64,000 bases of DNA, taken from NCBI GenBank assembly GCA_040905465.1, contig JBBDRK010000043.1, forward strand, positions 55,004-119,003, read 5' to 3'. The stretch comes from Trueperaceae bacterium (lineage in GTDB: Bacteria > Deinococcota > Deinococci > Deinococcales > Trueperaceae). Numbering within the stretch: position 1 is the stretch's first letter; every line of letters starts with the position of its first letter. A model generated the notes under the pieces. That model searched no databases. It had not been told where the DNA came from and saw only the letters and a list, made by a program, of their open reading frames with translations. The translations under genes and the position numbers were made by a program. Below, one piece after another: positions 37,278 through 47,294 of the stretch.

Positions 37278-37563
37278 CGGTGGTGATCCGCTCGTGTAGT
37301 CGCGCCGAGTTCCATGATCTTCGAGTTTAGCCGGGTACGGCTGCCGGCGGGGCGGGTCGCCGTCCGCGGCCGGGGGTTCGCCGGCGGGACGTGGGGGCGA
37401 CGGCGGTGAACGTGGGACAGGGCGTGGTCTCGCCTCCCGGCGCGACCTAGCATTGGCTTGCCGGGAACCGCGGCCGAGACGCACGGTCGATACAGGCGAT
37501 CGGGACAGGCGGTTGGCCAGCGAAGGTCCCCGACCGCTCGGGGGTCCCGGCGAAGGGGGAACC

Positions 37564-37743
37564 GTGGAAGCCATCGAAACAGCGCTAGCACCAGCTCTCG
37601 TCGCGTTGGCGAGCGTTGCCGGGCTGGCGGCCACCTACCGTGCCTCGCGCACTGGCCGGGATCGCGAGTTACGACGTCGCCGGCAGCCGATCGGCGTTCG
37701 TTCACGCTGTTCGCCGACCCGCCGGCAGCGTTCCGGCGCATAG
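37564..37743 (+). CDS. Possible small membrane protein (59 aa)
   Basis: GAAGGGGG SD before GTG; hydrophobic N-terminal helix ALAPALVALASVAGLAATY followed by an Arg-rich tail. Confidence 0.3.
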   Translation: MEAIETALAPALVALASVAGLAATYRASRTGRDRELRRRRQPIGVRSRCSPTRRQRSGA

Positions 37744-37828
37744 CCTTGCGGCCGGGACGGCGGCGAAGTAGGAGCGCGACGCAGAATCACACCATCACCG
37801 GACGCGGCCCGGAAACGGCCCACCGCCG

Positions 37829-40414
37829 CTACAGCTCGCTCTCCAGCAACCGCAGGCGTTCCCGCTGCCGGCGCACCAGGTTCGCCTCGCCGAGTTCGGC
37901 GTAGATTCCGATGAGGTTTCGGTGGGATTCGACGTCGTAGGGGTCGAGACGAAGCAGCGCTTCCAACGACTCGGCGGCTCGGCGCGGTTCGGACGAGTCT
38001 AGCTCCGCGAGGCGGCGCCAGAGCCGCAGCCGCAGGGCTTCGGCGCGGCGGCGCTCCTCGTCGAACCACTCGGGAAACTCCGCCAGGGGCTCTCCCGCGG
38101 CTATCGCCAGGGCCAGACGCACCCCCTCGGCGTCGTGCGCCCAGGCGTTCTCGGGAGCGGATCCCTCCAGCGACCGGGTGGCGGCCTGCTCGAACTCCGC
38201 GAGGTCGAGAGCCACCGGATAGATCAACTCGACGGTGCCCTTGCGGCCCCCCACTACCTGAGCGCTCAGTGTGCGGTTGAGATGATAGAGCGCGGTCTGC
38301 AGGCTGTGGACCGGATTGCTGGTGTCGCTCCAGAACTCCTCGGCCAACGTTTCGCGCGCCAGCGGGCGCCGGGCGAGCGCCAGGCGCAGGAGAAGCGCCG
38401 CACTCTTGCGGGTCGGAAACTCGGCCAACGTGAGGGCGTGGCCCAGGAAACGCACAGTGAATCCGCCGAAGGTCGACATGCGAAGCGGAAACAGTTCGAC
38501 CGTGGCCGGGTCGTTCTGGGCAAGAGCCGCGAGCGCCGGCGCATGCTGCGGTGAATCGAGCAGGATGCGGTAGCCATGAGCACGAATCAGAGCCAACGAT
38601 TCCTCCAGGTCGCCGGACGCCCCCCTGTGCAGGAGCGCCGTGGCGAGTTCGAAACGTGCCTCCTGGGTACGCGCCAGGGCGATGGCGTCGTCGAGCGACG
38701 GGCCGCGGTCGCCCGCTCGGCACAAAGCCTCCTCCACCATCGCCGCCACGCCCACCGGCCCGGCCGACCTGGCATGCTCGAGCGCTTCCTCCCGCTCGCC
38801 CTGCAGTCGCAACGCCCTTGCCAGCAGCAGCCTGGCCTCGGCGTGCAGATGCGCTTCGAGGCCCTCCTGGCGGAGCAACTCGCGAAGCTGGCGCCCGGCC
38901 GCCTCCGTCTGGCCCTGGCTAAGTCGCCAGAAGGCCAGGTTCACCTGGACGTAGCCGCTGGCGCGAGCGTCGTGGAGGGCTTCGCCGGCGGCCAGTTCCA
39001 GCTGGTTCTTCGCTTCGTCGGCGTTTCCGGTGAGCAGCAGCACCTCGGCGAGGTTGACGCGAAGCAGCGCGGTCGGCTGTCCCAAGGTCGCGAGCAGTTC
39101 GAGCGCTTCGCCGTAGCCGGTTCTCGCTTCCTGCAGAAGCCCGCGACGATGCCAGGAGAGCGCCAGCAACTGCAAGCTGCGCGCCTCGCGAACGTAGTCG
39201 GCCGCGTCGCGAAAGCTGCCGACGGCCAGGCGGAGGTCGGTTTCCGCCTGGGCGAAGTGGCCCTGCTGGATGAACACGCCGGCACGGTTGTGCCTTGCTT
39301 CGCCCTCGAGCCGCGCCGCGCTGGGCGCCCCCCGCTTTCCGCCCGCACCCTTGGCAGCCGCGCCGAACGCCTTGCGCGCGTCCTCCAGTTTTCCCCGCAG
39401 CGCGTAGGCGATACCCCGGGCGTTGTCGATCCTCGCCCGCAACTCGCCCGCGGCCAGCGTTCGGGCCGACCGGTACTGGGCTTGCGCCCGCTCGAGCTCG
39501 CCCCGCAGGCGCTCGAGCGATCCCACCAGGTAGCGGTACTCGCCGGTTCCGTGCGTCCATGCCGGCAGCACGCGCAGCGACCGCCTCAGCCGCGCTTCGC
39601 CGTCGGAGGCCGTCGGCTCGTACCCCTGCGCCAGCAGTTCGAGGTACGCCTCCCACAGCTCCGCTTCGGCGAGGGCGGTGAGCGCCTCGTCCAGGTGGCG
39701 CCGGTCGGCGAGCGTGCGCGCCACGGCCAGCGTCAGCTCCTTCTCCGCCGGACCCGCCTCGCCGGCGGTGCTCTCCGAGTGAGGCGCAACCGGAAGCTGC
39801 CTCAGATAGCGGCGCAGCAGGCGGGGAAGGGAAAGCCCGTCGCGCTCCGGTCTCAGGTAGCCCTTGTTCAGAAGCTCGTCCACCTCGGCCGGTTCGATCG
39901 ACAGGGGCAGGTAGTGATCGGGAACCAGCAGAGGCGTGATGGCCGCCCGCCCGAGGGTTTCCCGCAAACGACCCTCAGGCAGGAGTCGCTCGAGCGCGAC
40001 GGCAGCCAGCGGGTGCCGATGAAGCGGTGTGGGGCAGTCGCCGATCCGCTGGGCCAACTCGAGCCCCAGTGGCCAGCCTCGGCACTCCTCGAAGGTCTCG
40101 TCGGAAAAGTTGGCGGGCAGGCCGTCCATCGCGTCCCGCCAGCCGGCTGCGTCGAACACGGTGTCCGATTCGTCGATAACCAGGAGTTCGGAGAGCGGCA
40201 GGGCCCGCGGGATCCGGGCGAGTTGAGACCGGCGCGCACAGATCAGCAGCGCCGGCCGCTCGGCGAGTGCGCCGGGATCGTGCAGCACCGTTCGCCCGGT
40301 TCCTTCGGCCCAGGCCCTCAGGGCAGCCTGCCCGAAGCCGACGGCAACGGGAGCGACCACCACCCTCGGGGCGTGCCTGAGGGCTTCCCGCAACTGCGCC
40401 GGGAGGAGAAGCAT
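37829..40414 (-). CDS. Large TPR-containing transcriptional regulator with a C-terminal SARP/BTAD domain (MalT-like N-terminus)
   Basis: ECRGWPLGL (GWP motif), TPR-like helical repeats, TFGGFTV...RKSAALLLRLAL...LAEEFW...LQTALYHL, LDPYDVE. Confidence 0.8.
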   Translation of the reverse strand: MLLLPAQLREALRHAPRVVVAPVAVGFGQAALRAWAEGTGRTVLHDPGALAERPALLICARRSQLARIPRALPLSELLVIDESDTVFDAAGWRDAMDGLPANFSDETFEECRGWPLGLELAQRIGDCPTPLHRHPLAAVALERLLPEGRLRETLGRAAITPLLVPDHYLPLSIEPAEVDELLNKGYLRPERDGLSLPRLLRRYLRQLPVAPHSESTAGEAGPAEKELTLAVARTLADRRHLDEALTALAEAELWEAYLELLAQGYEPTASDGEARLRRSLRVLPAWTHGTGEYRYLVGSLERLRGELERAQAQYRSARTLAAGELRARIDNARGIAYALRGKLEDARKAFGAAAKGAGGKRGAPSAARLEGEARHNRAGVFIQQGHFAQAETDLRLAVGSFRDAADYVREARSLQLLALSWHRRGLLQEARTGYGEALELLATLGQPTALLRVNLAEVLLLTGNADEAKNQLELAAGEALHDARASGYVQVNLAFWRLSQGQTEAAGRQLRELLRQEGLEAHLHAEARLLLARALRLQGEREEALEHARSAGPVGVAAMVEEALCRAGDRGPSLDDAIALARTQEARFELATALLHRGASGDLEESLALIRAHGYRILLDSPQHAPALAALAQNDPATVELFPLRMSTFGGFTVRFLGHALTLAEFPTRKSAALLLRLALARRPLARETLAEEFWSDTSNPVHSLQTALYHLNRTLSAQVVGGRKGTVELIYPVALDLAEFEQAATRSLEGSAPENAWAHDAEGVRLALAIAAGEPLAEFPEWFDEERRRAEALRLRLWRRLAELDSSEPRRAAESLEALLRLDPYDVESHRNLIGIYAELGEANLVRRQRERLRLLESEL

Positions 40415-40533
40415 GAACCAGTTTAACGGTCGGCTTTTGAGGTTTTTTTGTGCGGACGCTCCTAGAATGAACGCATCTTCCCGTCCGGGGGGTCAGTGGG
40501 GCCACGAAGCAAAGGTCCAGGAGGGGTCTAAGC

Positions 40534-42300
40534 ATGCGTATGTATCTGCGTACCCTGACACTACCTCTGCTCGCAGCCGTCCTGGTTGCGTGCAGCAGCG
40601 TGTCGTCGAAGCCTGATGCGGGCAGTGATTCGTTCGACCTGCAAGGCGCCGGTAAGGTCAGCGACTGCGAGGCTCTCTACGCCAACGCGCCCGGCAGCAC
40701 CCAGGTCTCCTCGAACCTGCGTTACGGCGAGGTCGACACGCTGATCCTGTCGTTCCTGGAAAACGGCACCAAGGCCAAGGCGGTCGACTGGATGGGTATC
40801 GAGCTGGGCCTGGCGGTCGGTGAAGGCGTGGGCGTGTTCGAGAACCTGCCTATGGTCGCCGTCGAGACCTTGGTCACCCATGAGCTGGTCGAGGCGATCA
40901 GGTCCGAGTTCGAGCCGCAGGGGCTGCTCTCGATCTGGGGCAATGAGCCGCTCAGCTTCTTCCTCGACGAGAGCGTCTCGTTCATCGGCGCCGACGCCGC
41001 CCGCGAGGCCTTCGGCCTGTCCGGCGCGGGGGTGGGGGTGGCCGTCATCGACTCCGGGATAGACGCCACTCACCCGGACCTCAACATGGGCGAGAACGTG
41101 GGTCGCAACGTCAAGATCGTCGGATCGCCGGTCGAACAGCCGGTAGGCGGCTACCTTTACGTCGACGCCGAGAACACCGATGTCACCAGCGGCCACGGCA
41201 CCCATGTGGCGGGAACGATCGCCGGCCTGGGCACCGCCTCCGACGGACGCTACACCGGTGTGGCCCCGGGTTCGACTCTTGTTGGGGTAGGTACCGGGGA
41301 TGTCATCGTCATCCTCTACGCGCTCGAGGGCTTCGACTTCGTCATGCGGCCCGAGATCCGCGAGGCGTACAACGTTCGCGTCATCTCCAACTCCTGGGGC
41401 ACCAGCGGCCGGTTCAGCCCGTACAACCCGATATCGCTGGCTATCAAGCGTGCCTACGACGAGGGCATTCTCACGGTGTTCGCGGCCGGCAACGCCGGTC
41501 CCGAGAACGACACGCTCAACCCCTACTCCGCCTCGCCCTGTGCCATCTCGGTGGCTGCCGGTGACAAGCAGGGGATGCTGGCGGACTTCAGCAGCCGCGG
41601 GATCCCCGGCGACGAGTACCACAAGCCCGACATCACCGCGCCGGGTGTGAGCATCACGGCCGCTCGAGCCCTTACCGGCCTGGTTACCCCGCCCGAGACC
41701 GAGGACGCCTTCTACAGCACGATCAGCGGGACCTCGATGGCAACTCCCCACGTCTCCGGCACGCTTGCCCTGATGCTCGAGGCCAGCCCCTCACTCACCC
41801 TGGAAGGCGCGTTCGACATCTTCGAGGACACGGCGCGGCCGATGTACGACGCCGACGGCAGCCTGCTCACCGAGCATGAGGTGGGCGCCGGTTATCTGGA
41901 CGCATACGAGTCGGTCCGGCTGGCGCTCAAGCGCAACAAGGACAAGTACGAACTCACCACCGAATCCCTCGCTTCCTGGCAGGGTGTTGTCCCGCTCGGT
42001 GCCTGCGCCGTGGTGACCTGCCTGGTGCAGACCGAAGACGTCTACGAGCTGCAGGTGCCAGACGGGCTCGAAGCGCTGCGAGTGAGGATCGAATGGCTGG
42101 TAGCCGCGGAAGACATCGACCTCTACCTCTACGACCCTTCGGGCGAAGAGGCGGCGTCGGGGGCAACCCTCGCCGATCCCGAGGTTGCCACGGTGGTCGA
42201 TCCGGCCCCCGGTACCTGGAAGGTGGTAGTGCGCGGCTACATCAACGCCGCCACCGAATACGAAGGGACCGCCGAAGGAGACCTGCTGGTCAGACGATGA
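40534..42300 (+). CDS. S8 subtilisin-like serine protease lipoprotein with a C-terminal PPC-like domain
   Basis: Lipobox LVAC; triad VAVIDSG, GHGTHVAG, SGTSMATPHV; AAGNAG; DIDLYLYDP...PGTWKVVV. Confidence 0.93.
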   Translation: MRMYLRTLTLPLLAAVLVACSSVSSKPDAGSDSFDLQGAGKVSDCEALYANAPGSTQVSSNLRYGEVDTLILSFLENGTKAKAVDWMGIELGLAVGEGVGVFENLPMVAVETLVTHELVEAIRSEFEPQGLLSIWGNEPLSFFLDESVSFIGADAAREAFGLSGAGVGVAVIDSGIDATHPDLNMGENVGRNVKIVGSPVEQPVGGYLYVDAENTDVTSGHGTHVAGTIAGLGTASDGRYTGVAPGSTLVGVGTGDVIVILYALEGFDFVMRPEIREAYNVRVISNSWGTSGRFSPYNPISLAIKRAYDEGILTVFAAGNAGPENDTLNPYSASPCAISVAAGDKQGMLADFSSRGIPGDEYHKPDITAPGVSITAARALTGLVTPPETEDAFYSTISGTSMATPHVSGTLALMLEASPSLTLEGAFDIFEDTARPMYDADGSLLTEHEVGAGYLDAYESVRLALKRNKDKYELTTESLASWQGVVPLGACAVVTCLVQTEDVYELQVPDGLEALRVRIEWLVAAEDIDLYLYDPSGEEAASGATLADPEVATVVDPAPGTWKVVVRGYINAATEYEGTAEGDLLVRR

Positions 42301-42434
42301 CGAGCGGTCGGCACGGCTGACGTCCCGCCCGTCCCACCCGTCCTACGACAGATCGTCGCCCGCCCGGGACTGCTCCGGGGCGGGCGACGGTTCGGTTCGT
42401 TTCGTCGAGCGGACGCCTCAGCGCCCGGCAAGCC

Positions 42435-42785
42435 TCAGAACAGACGGCTGCCGTTCGGTACCTCGCGCTCCGGCTGAGCCAGCACCACCTCGCCGTCGGC
42501 ATGCTCGAAGCCGGTGAGCAGGAACTGTGACTCGAAGCCGGCGATGCGCTTGGGCGGAAGGTTCACCACTCCGAGCACGCGCCGGCCCAGCAGCTCCTCG
42601 GGACTATAGAAGCGGGTGACCTGGGCGCTGGTCTGCCTCACGCCCAGCGCCCCGAAGTCCACCCAGATCTTGTAGGCGGGCTTGCGCGCCTCCAGGAACT
42701 CCTCCGCGCGCACCACCGTGCCGGCGCGCAGATCCACCTTGACGAAGTCATCCCAGGAGATCCTGTTGCTTTCGTCAGGGTTCAA
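42435..42785 (-). CDS. csaA: CsaA tRNA-binding/export chaperone
   Basis: [43 protein letters not shown]. Confidence 0.92.
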   Translation of the reverse strand: MNPDESNRISWDDFVKVDLRAGTVVRAEEFLEARKPAYKIWVDFGALGVRQTSAQVTRFYSPEELLGRRVLGVVNLPPKRIAGFESQFLLTGFEHADGEVVLAQPEREVPNGSRLF

Positions 42786-42841
42786 AAGTGCTCCGCTCGC
42801 AAACCTCTACCAACCGGCTCGAACGCCGGAGCGAACGCGCG

Positions 42842-44071
42842 CTAGACCCGCTCGAACACCAGCGCGGCGTTCTGGCCACCGAAGGCGAAGTTGGTGGACA
42901 ACACCCTGTCGACGCGCTTTTCGCGCGCCTCGTTGGGGATGTAGTCGAGGTCCAGTTCGGGATCCGGGTCGACATAGTTGCGCGTGGGTGGGAGCACCCC
43001 GCTGTCGATAGCCTGGATCGCCGCGATCGCTTCGATCCCGCCGGCCGCGCCCAGCGTATGGCCGGTCATCGACTTCGTCGAGGAGACGGGCGGAACCGAC
43101 TTGGCGCCGCCCCACACGGTCTTGAAGGCGAGCGTCTCGTTGAGGTCGTTGGCCGGTGTGCTGGTCCCGTGGGCGTTGATGTAGCCGATCGCCTCTGCAC
43201 CGATACCAGCGGACCGAAGTGCCCAGCGCATGCAGCGAACCGCGCCCGTGCCGCCGGGAGCCGGCGCGGTGATGTGGTGAGCGTCGGAGGAGGTGGCGTA
43301 GCCGGTGATCTCGGCGTAGATGCGCGCGCCCCTGGCCCTGGCATGCTCGAACTCCTCGAGAACTACGATTCCGGCCCCCTCTCCGGCCACGAAGCCGTCG
43401 CGGGACGCGGTGAACGGCCGACTGGCGGTCTCCGGACTGTCGTTGCGAGTGGAAAGCGCCTTCATCACCGCGAAGCCGCCGATGCCCATGGGGGTAACGC
43501 AGGCCTCGGCACCGCCGGTGAGCATCAGGTCGGCCTCGCCGCGCTGAATGACACGGAAGGCGTCGCCGATCGAGCCGGCGCCGGTGGCGCAGGCGGTTAC
43601 CACGGTGCTGGACGGCCCCAGCAGCCCGTAGCGCATGGCGACATGACCGCTGGCCATGTTGGCGATCAGTTTGGGGATGAAGAAAGGGCTCATGCGCATG
43701 GGGTTGCGTTCGAAGCGGGAGCGGGATTCCTGCTCCCAGGTCTCCAGGCCGCCGATGCCGCTGCCGATGCAGGTGCCGGTCTGTTCGCCCGCCAGCTCCT
43801 CTTCCGAGAGACCGGCGTCCTCGATAGCCAACGCCGAGCCCACCAGCGCGAGCTGGACGAAGCGGTCGATACGCTTGGCCTCCTTGCGGTCGAGGTAGAG
43901 GCCCATGTCGACGTCGACCTCGCCGGCGATCCGCACGGAGAGCTCGCTGGCATCGAAACGCGTGATCGGTCCGATGCCGTTGCATGCCTCATGCTGCGCC
44001 TCGAGAAAAGCCTCAGCGCCCACTCCGATGGGAGTGACTGGTCCGAGGCCGGTGACGACAACTCTCTTCAT
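42842..44071 (-). CDS. fabF: 3-oxoacyl-ACP synthase II
   Basis: RVVVTGLG, TACATG, INAHGTST, KSMTGHTLG, FAFGGQN. Confidence 0.97.
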   Translation of the reverse strand: MKRVVVTGLGPVTPIGVGAEAFLEAQHEACNGIGPITRFDASELSVRIAGEVDVDMGLYLDRKEAKRIDRFVQLALVGSALAIEDAGLSEEELAGEQTGTCIGSGIGGLETWEQESRSRFERNPMRMSPFFIPKLIANMASGHVAMRYGLLGPSSTVVTACATGAGSIGDAFRVIQRGEADLMLTGGAEACVTPMGIGGFAVMKALSTRNDSPETASRPFTASRDGFVAGEGAGIVVLEEFEHARARGARIYAEITGYATSSDAHHITAPAPGGTGAVRCMRWALRSAGIGAEAIGYINAHGTSTPANDLNETLAFKTVWGGAKSVPPVSSTKSMTGHTLGAAGGIEAIAAIQAIDSGVLPPTRNYVDPDPELDLDYIPNEAREKRVDRVLSTNFAFGGQNAALVFERV

Positions 44072-44164
44072 TCCTCAGTTCCCTTGCCTTTCCGCCTACC
44101 GACCACTGGGAGGACGGTGGGTCGGCGGAGGGTCCGCAGCCGCATGGCCGCGGAGATCGTTCCC

Positions 44165-44404
44165 CTACTGCTTCTTGGTGATAAAAGAGACGGCGTCGCC
44201 GACGGTGCGGATGCTCTCTGCTTCCTCGTCGCTGATCTCGATGCCGAATTCGTCCTCGAGTCCCATGATCAGTTCGACCACGTCCAGCGAATCGGCTCCC
44301 AGGTCGTCGACGAACGATGCCTGCTCGTTCACCTCGCCCGGGTCGCTGTCCAGCTTGTCGGCTACTACTTCCTTGATCTTGTCCAGGATCGCCTGCTCGT
44401 CCAT
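44165..44404 (-). CDS. acpP: Acyl carrier protein
   Basis: [25 protein letters not shown]. Confidence 0.98.
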   Translation of the reverse strand: MDEQAILDKIKEVVADKLDSDPGEVNEQASFVDDLGADSLDVVELIMGLEDEFGIEISDEEAESIRTVGDAVSFITKKQ

Positions 44405-44487
44405 GATGCCTCCTTAACGTAAGTTGCAAACAAAGTGTGCCGCGATCGGCCCCAGTGTAGCAGGGGCAGGCCGCAAGCAATCTACCA

Positions 44488-45273
44488 TCAATGCATGACC
44501 ATTCCACCGTCCACGGGCAGCGTTTGCCCGTTGACGTAGGAGGCATCCTCGGAGGCCAGGAAGGCGACCACTCGGGCGACTTCCTCCGGAGTCCCGAAGC
44601 GCCCCGCGGGGATGCGGGAAAGATAAGTCTCGCGCAGCGACTCGCCCAGCTCGGCGGTCATATCCGACTCGATGAAGCCGGGAGCGACCGCGTTCACTGT
44701 GATCCCCTTGCCGGCATATTCCTGGGCGAGTGCCTTGGTCAAGCCGATCAGGCCCGCCTTGGCGGCCACGTAGTTCGCCTGCCCCACGTTGCCCATGATG
44801 CCCACCACCGAGGCGACGTTGACGATGCGCCCGAATCCGGCCCGCAGCATCGCCCGCAGCGCCGCCTTGGAGAGGTGGAATGCGCTGGAGAGGTTGGTGT
44901 CGATGACCGCCTGCCAGTCGTCGGCCTTCATTCGCAATGCCAGCGTGTCACGGGTGATTCCGGCGTTGTTCACCAGGACCTCCACCGGCCCCAGCGCCTC
45001 GGAGGCTGCCTTGATCAGCCCCGCGCAGGCGTCGCCATCGGCCACGTCGGCGGCGAATGCCCGGGCTTCTCCGCCGGCTTCGCGGATCCGCTGCACTACC
45101 TCCTGAGCCGGACCTTCCGACCTTACGTAGTGCACCGCCACCCGGTGGCCGCGCGCGCCCAGCTCGAGCGCCATGGCCCGGCCGAGGCCCCGGCTCGAGC
45201 CGGTAACCAGTACCGACCTGACCGCGGACGTGCCCGGCGCGCCGCTCGGCGCCTTACCCGATTCCACGCTCAC
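44488..45273 (-). CDS. fabG: 3-oxoacyl-ACP reductase
   Basis: TGSSRGLG, NNAGITRD, GNVGQANYVAAK; position in the fab operon. Confidence 0.96.
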   Translation of the reverse strand: MSVESGKAPSGAPGTSAVRSVLVTGSSRGLGRAMALELGARGHRVAVHYVRSEGPAQEVVQRIREAGGEARAFAADVADGDACAGLIKAASEALGPVEVLVNNAGITRDTLALRMKADDWQAVIDTNLSSAFHLSKAALRAMLRAGFGRIVNVASVVGIMGNVGQANYVAAKAGLIGLTKALAQEYAGKGITVNAVAPGFIESDMTAELGESLRETYLSRIPAGRFGTPEEVARVVAFLASEDASYVNGQTLPVDGGMVMH

Positions 45274-46205
45274 AGTGCCTCCTTCAAAGACGCCGAGTCG
45301 ATGACCGCCACGGCGCTGACGTCGGCCAGCGTTCGCTGCACCAGGCCTGTCAGCACCTTGCCGCTGCCGAACTCGACGAAGCGCCTCACGCCCAGTTGGT
45401 GGAGCGTGCGCAGCGATTCCACCCAGCGTACAGGAGAGGTCACCTGGCGTTCGAGCAGCGCGGCGATCTCACCCGCGTCCCTATGGAGCTCGGAGGTCAC
45501 GTTGCCGACCACGCCGAACGAAGTCTCGGCGAACGAGACCCTCCGCAGGTCGCCGGCCAGCTTGCGCGCCGCGGGAGCCATGAGCGAACAGTGGAATGGG
45601 GCGGACACCTTGAGAGGAACCACCCGGGCGCGAGCCTCCTGTAACCGCTCGCCTGCCGCCATGACAGCGGCCTTCTCGCCGGAGATCACCGTCTGGCCAG
45701 GGGCGTTGAGGTTGGCGATCTCCACCACGCCGTCGGTTTCGCGGCAGATCGTGTCGATCAGGTCCGGATCGAGCTTGAGGATCGCTGCCATGGCACCGAC
45801 CCCTTCGGGTACCGCTTCCTGCATGTACTCCCCGCGTTTGCGAACGAGCTGCACCGCGTCGCCGAGGGGAAGCGAGCCGGCCGCGACCAGTGCCGTGAAC
45901 TCGCCCAGGCTGTGGCCCGCGGCGAAGGCAGGCTCCTCACCGCCGGCCTCGCGCCAGGCGGCGAAGGCCGCCGCCCCGGCGGCAACCAATGCCGGTTGCT
46001 GATTGGCGGTGAGTTGCAGCCGCTCTTCCGGTCCGTCCCACATTATCCCCAGCAGTCCCGGCAGCGCCGCCTCGGCCTGGTCGAGGGCCTGCTTGGCGGC
46101 GCCGCTGTTCTCGTAGAGGTCGCGGGCCATGCCCAGTACCTGTGAGTTCTGGCCGGGGAACAGCGCTGCCAGCGCACCGTCTCGGTCGGTCGAACGGTCG
46201 CTCAC
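45270..46205 (-). CDS. fabD: Malonyl-CoA-ACP transacylase
   Basis: FPGQNSQ, AGHSLGEF, ANLNAPGQTVISG, VSAPFHC, VEFGSGKVL; GTG 46205 overlaps the fabH stop. Confidence 0.95.
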   Translation of the reverse strand: MSDRSTDRDGALAALFPGQNSQVLGMARDLYENSGAAKQALDQAEAALPGLLGIMWDGPEERLQLTANQQPALVAAGAAAFAAWREAGGEEPAFAAGHSLGEFTALVAAGSLPLGDAVQLVRKRGEYMQEAVPEGVGAMAAILKLDPDLIDTICRETDGVVEIANLNAPGQTVISGEKAAVMAAGERLQEARARVVPLKVSAPFHCSLMAPAARKLAGDLRRVSFAETSFGVVGNVTSELHRDAGEIAALLERQVTSPVRWVESLRTLHQLGVRRFVEFGSGKVLTGLVQRTLADVSAVAVIDSASLKEAL

Positions 46206-47284
46206 CCGCCGACCTCGGCCGACGCCTCCCCGACAGTCGCCGGGCTCTTGTCCACGTCGGTCGCGGCCGGCACTCCCTTGCTCCGTCCTGCGCCGGCATT
46301 GCCGTACCAGGTGATCACCCCGGAAGCCCAGGTCAGTCCGCCGCCGAAGGTAACCAGCAGCAGCGAATCGCCGTCCTGGATTCGGCCGGCATCGAGCGCG
46401 TGCTTTAGTGCCAGAGGGATGGACGCGGTGGAGTTGTTGCCGTACTCGTCCACGGTTACTACTACGCGTTCCTCGTCCAGTCCCAGCCGTTCCCTGGCCG
46501 CCTCGATGATCCTGAGGTTGGCCTGGTGGGGAACGAACAAGCTTATCTCGTCGCTGTGCAGCCCCGCGAGCTCGAGCGCTTCGACGGTGGCGGTGTTCAT
46601 GACGCGAACCGCGAACTTGAACACCTCGCGCCCGTTCATCTTCAGCGTGTCGCTGAGCGGCTCGCCGTTGGGCAGGCAGCGGCCGACCGCCCGCATGTGC
46701 AGGTGAGCGGCACCGCTGCCGTCGGCGCCAAGCACCATCGAGCGGATGCCGTAAGGCTCGGGAACGGCTTCCAGGACGGCGGCACCGGCACCGTCGCCGA
46801 AGAGCACCGCTGTCGAGCGGTCCTGCCAGTCGACTAGCTTGGTGAGCGCCTCTGCGCCGATCGCCAGTACCTTCCGGCACTGGCCCGACTCGATATATGC
46901 GCGCGCCGCCGAAACGGCGTAGAGCCAGCCGGCGCAGGCGGCCAGCAGGTCGAAGGCGCCGGCGTTCAGGTCGAACCGGTCCTGTACCAGAGCGGCTGTG
47001 GACGGGAACAGGGCGTCTGGGGTGTTGGTCGCCACTATCACCAGGTCCACCCCTTCCAGCGCCTGGGGCCCGTGCCGATCGACCAGATCCTGGACGGCAC
47101 TGACAGCGAGGTCGCTGGTGAACTCGTCGTCGGCGGCCACATGACGGCGCCGGATCCCGGTGCGGGTCCGGATCCACTCATCGGTGGTGTCCATGATCTC
47201 TTCGAGATCCTGGTTCGTCAGGACCTTTTCGGGGGCATAGGCGCCAAGTGCCGTTATGCCGGCACGCAGCCTCGATTCGGTCAC
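46202..47284 (-). CDS. fabH: 3-oxoacyl-ACP synthase III
   Basis: DEWIRTRTGI, AACAG, LFGDGAGA, MNGREVFK, PHQAN, GNNSTAS. Confidence 0.97.
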   Translation of the reverse strand: MTESRLRAGITALGAYAPEKVLTNQDLEEIMDTTDEWIRTRTGIRRRHVAADDEFTSDLAVSAVQDLVDRHGPQALEGVDLVIVATNTPDALFPSTAALVQDRFDLNAGAFDLLAACAGWLYAVSAARAYIESGQCRKVLAIGAEALTKLVDWQDRSTAVLFGDGAGAAVLEAVPEPYGIRSMVLGADGSGAAHLHMRAVGRCLPNGEPLSDTLKMNGREVFKFAVRVMNTATVEALELAGLHSDEISLFVPHQANLRIIEAARERLGLDEERVVVTVDEYGNNSTASIPLALKHALDAGRIQDGDSLLLVTFGGGLTWASGVITWYGNAGAGRSKGVPAATDVDKSPATVGEASAEVGG

Positions 47285-47294
47285 TGGGCTGGGC

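Noticed and set aside
37426-37434. GGCGAGACC on the minus strand upstream of mntR, like the 3' end of the yybP-ykoY Mn riboswitch
   Set aside because: The conserved 5' GGGGAGUA element is not present upstream.
37278-37634. 119-aa N-terminal extension of MntR
   Set aside because: Low-complexity Pro/Arg sequence; family similarity starts at about TSAVEDYLK.
38576-46002. Long plus-strand ORFs 38576-40426, 42788-44422 and 44491-46002
   Set aside because: Antisense to the BTAD regulator and fab genes; typical GC3-bias shadows.
46206-47177. Apparent 324-aa N-terminal extension of FabD (635-aa track ORF)
   Set aside because: It is an off-frame reading of fabH, Arg/Pro-rich; FabD begins at GTG 46205 overlapping the fabH stop.
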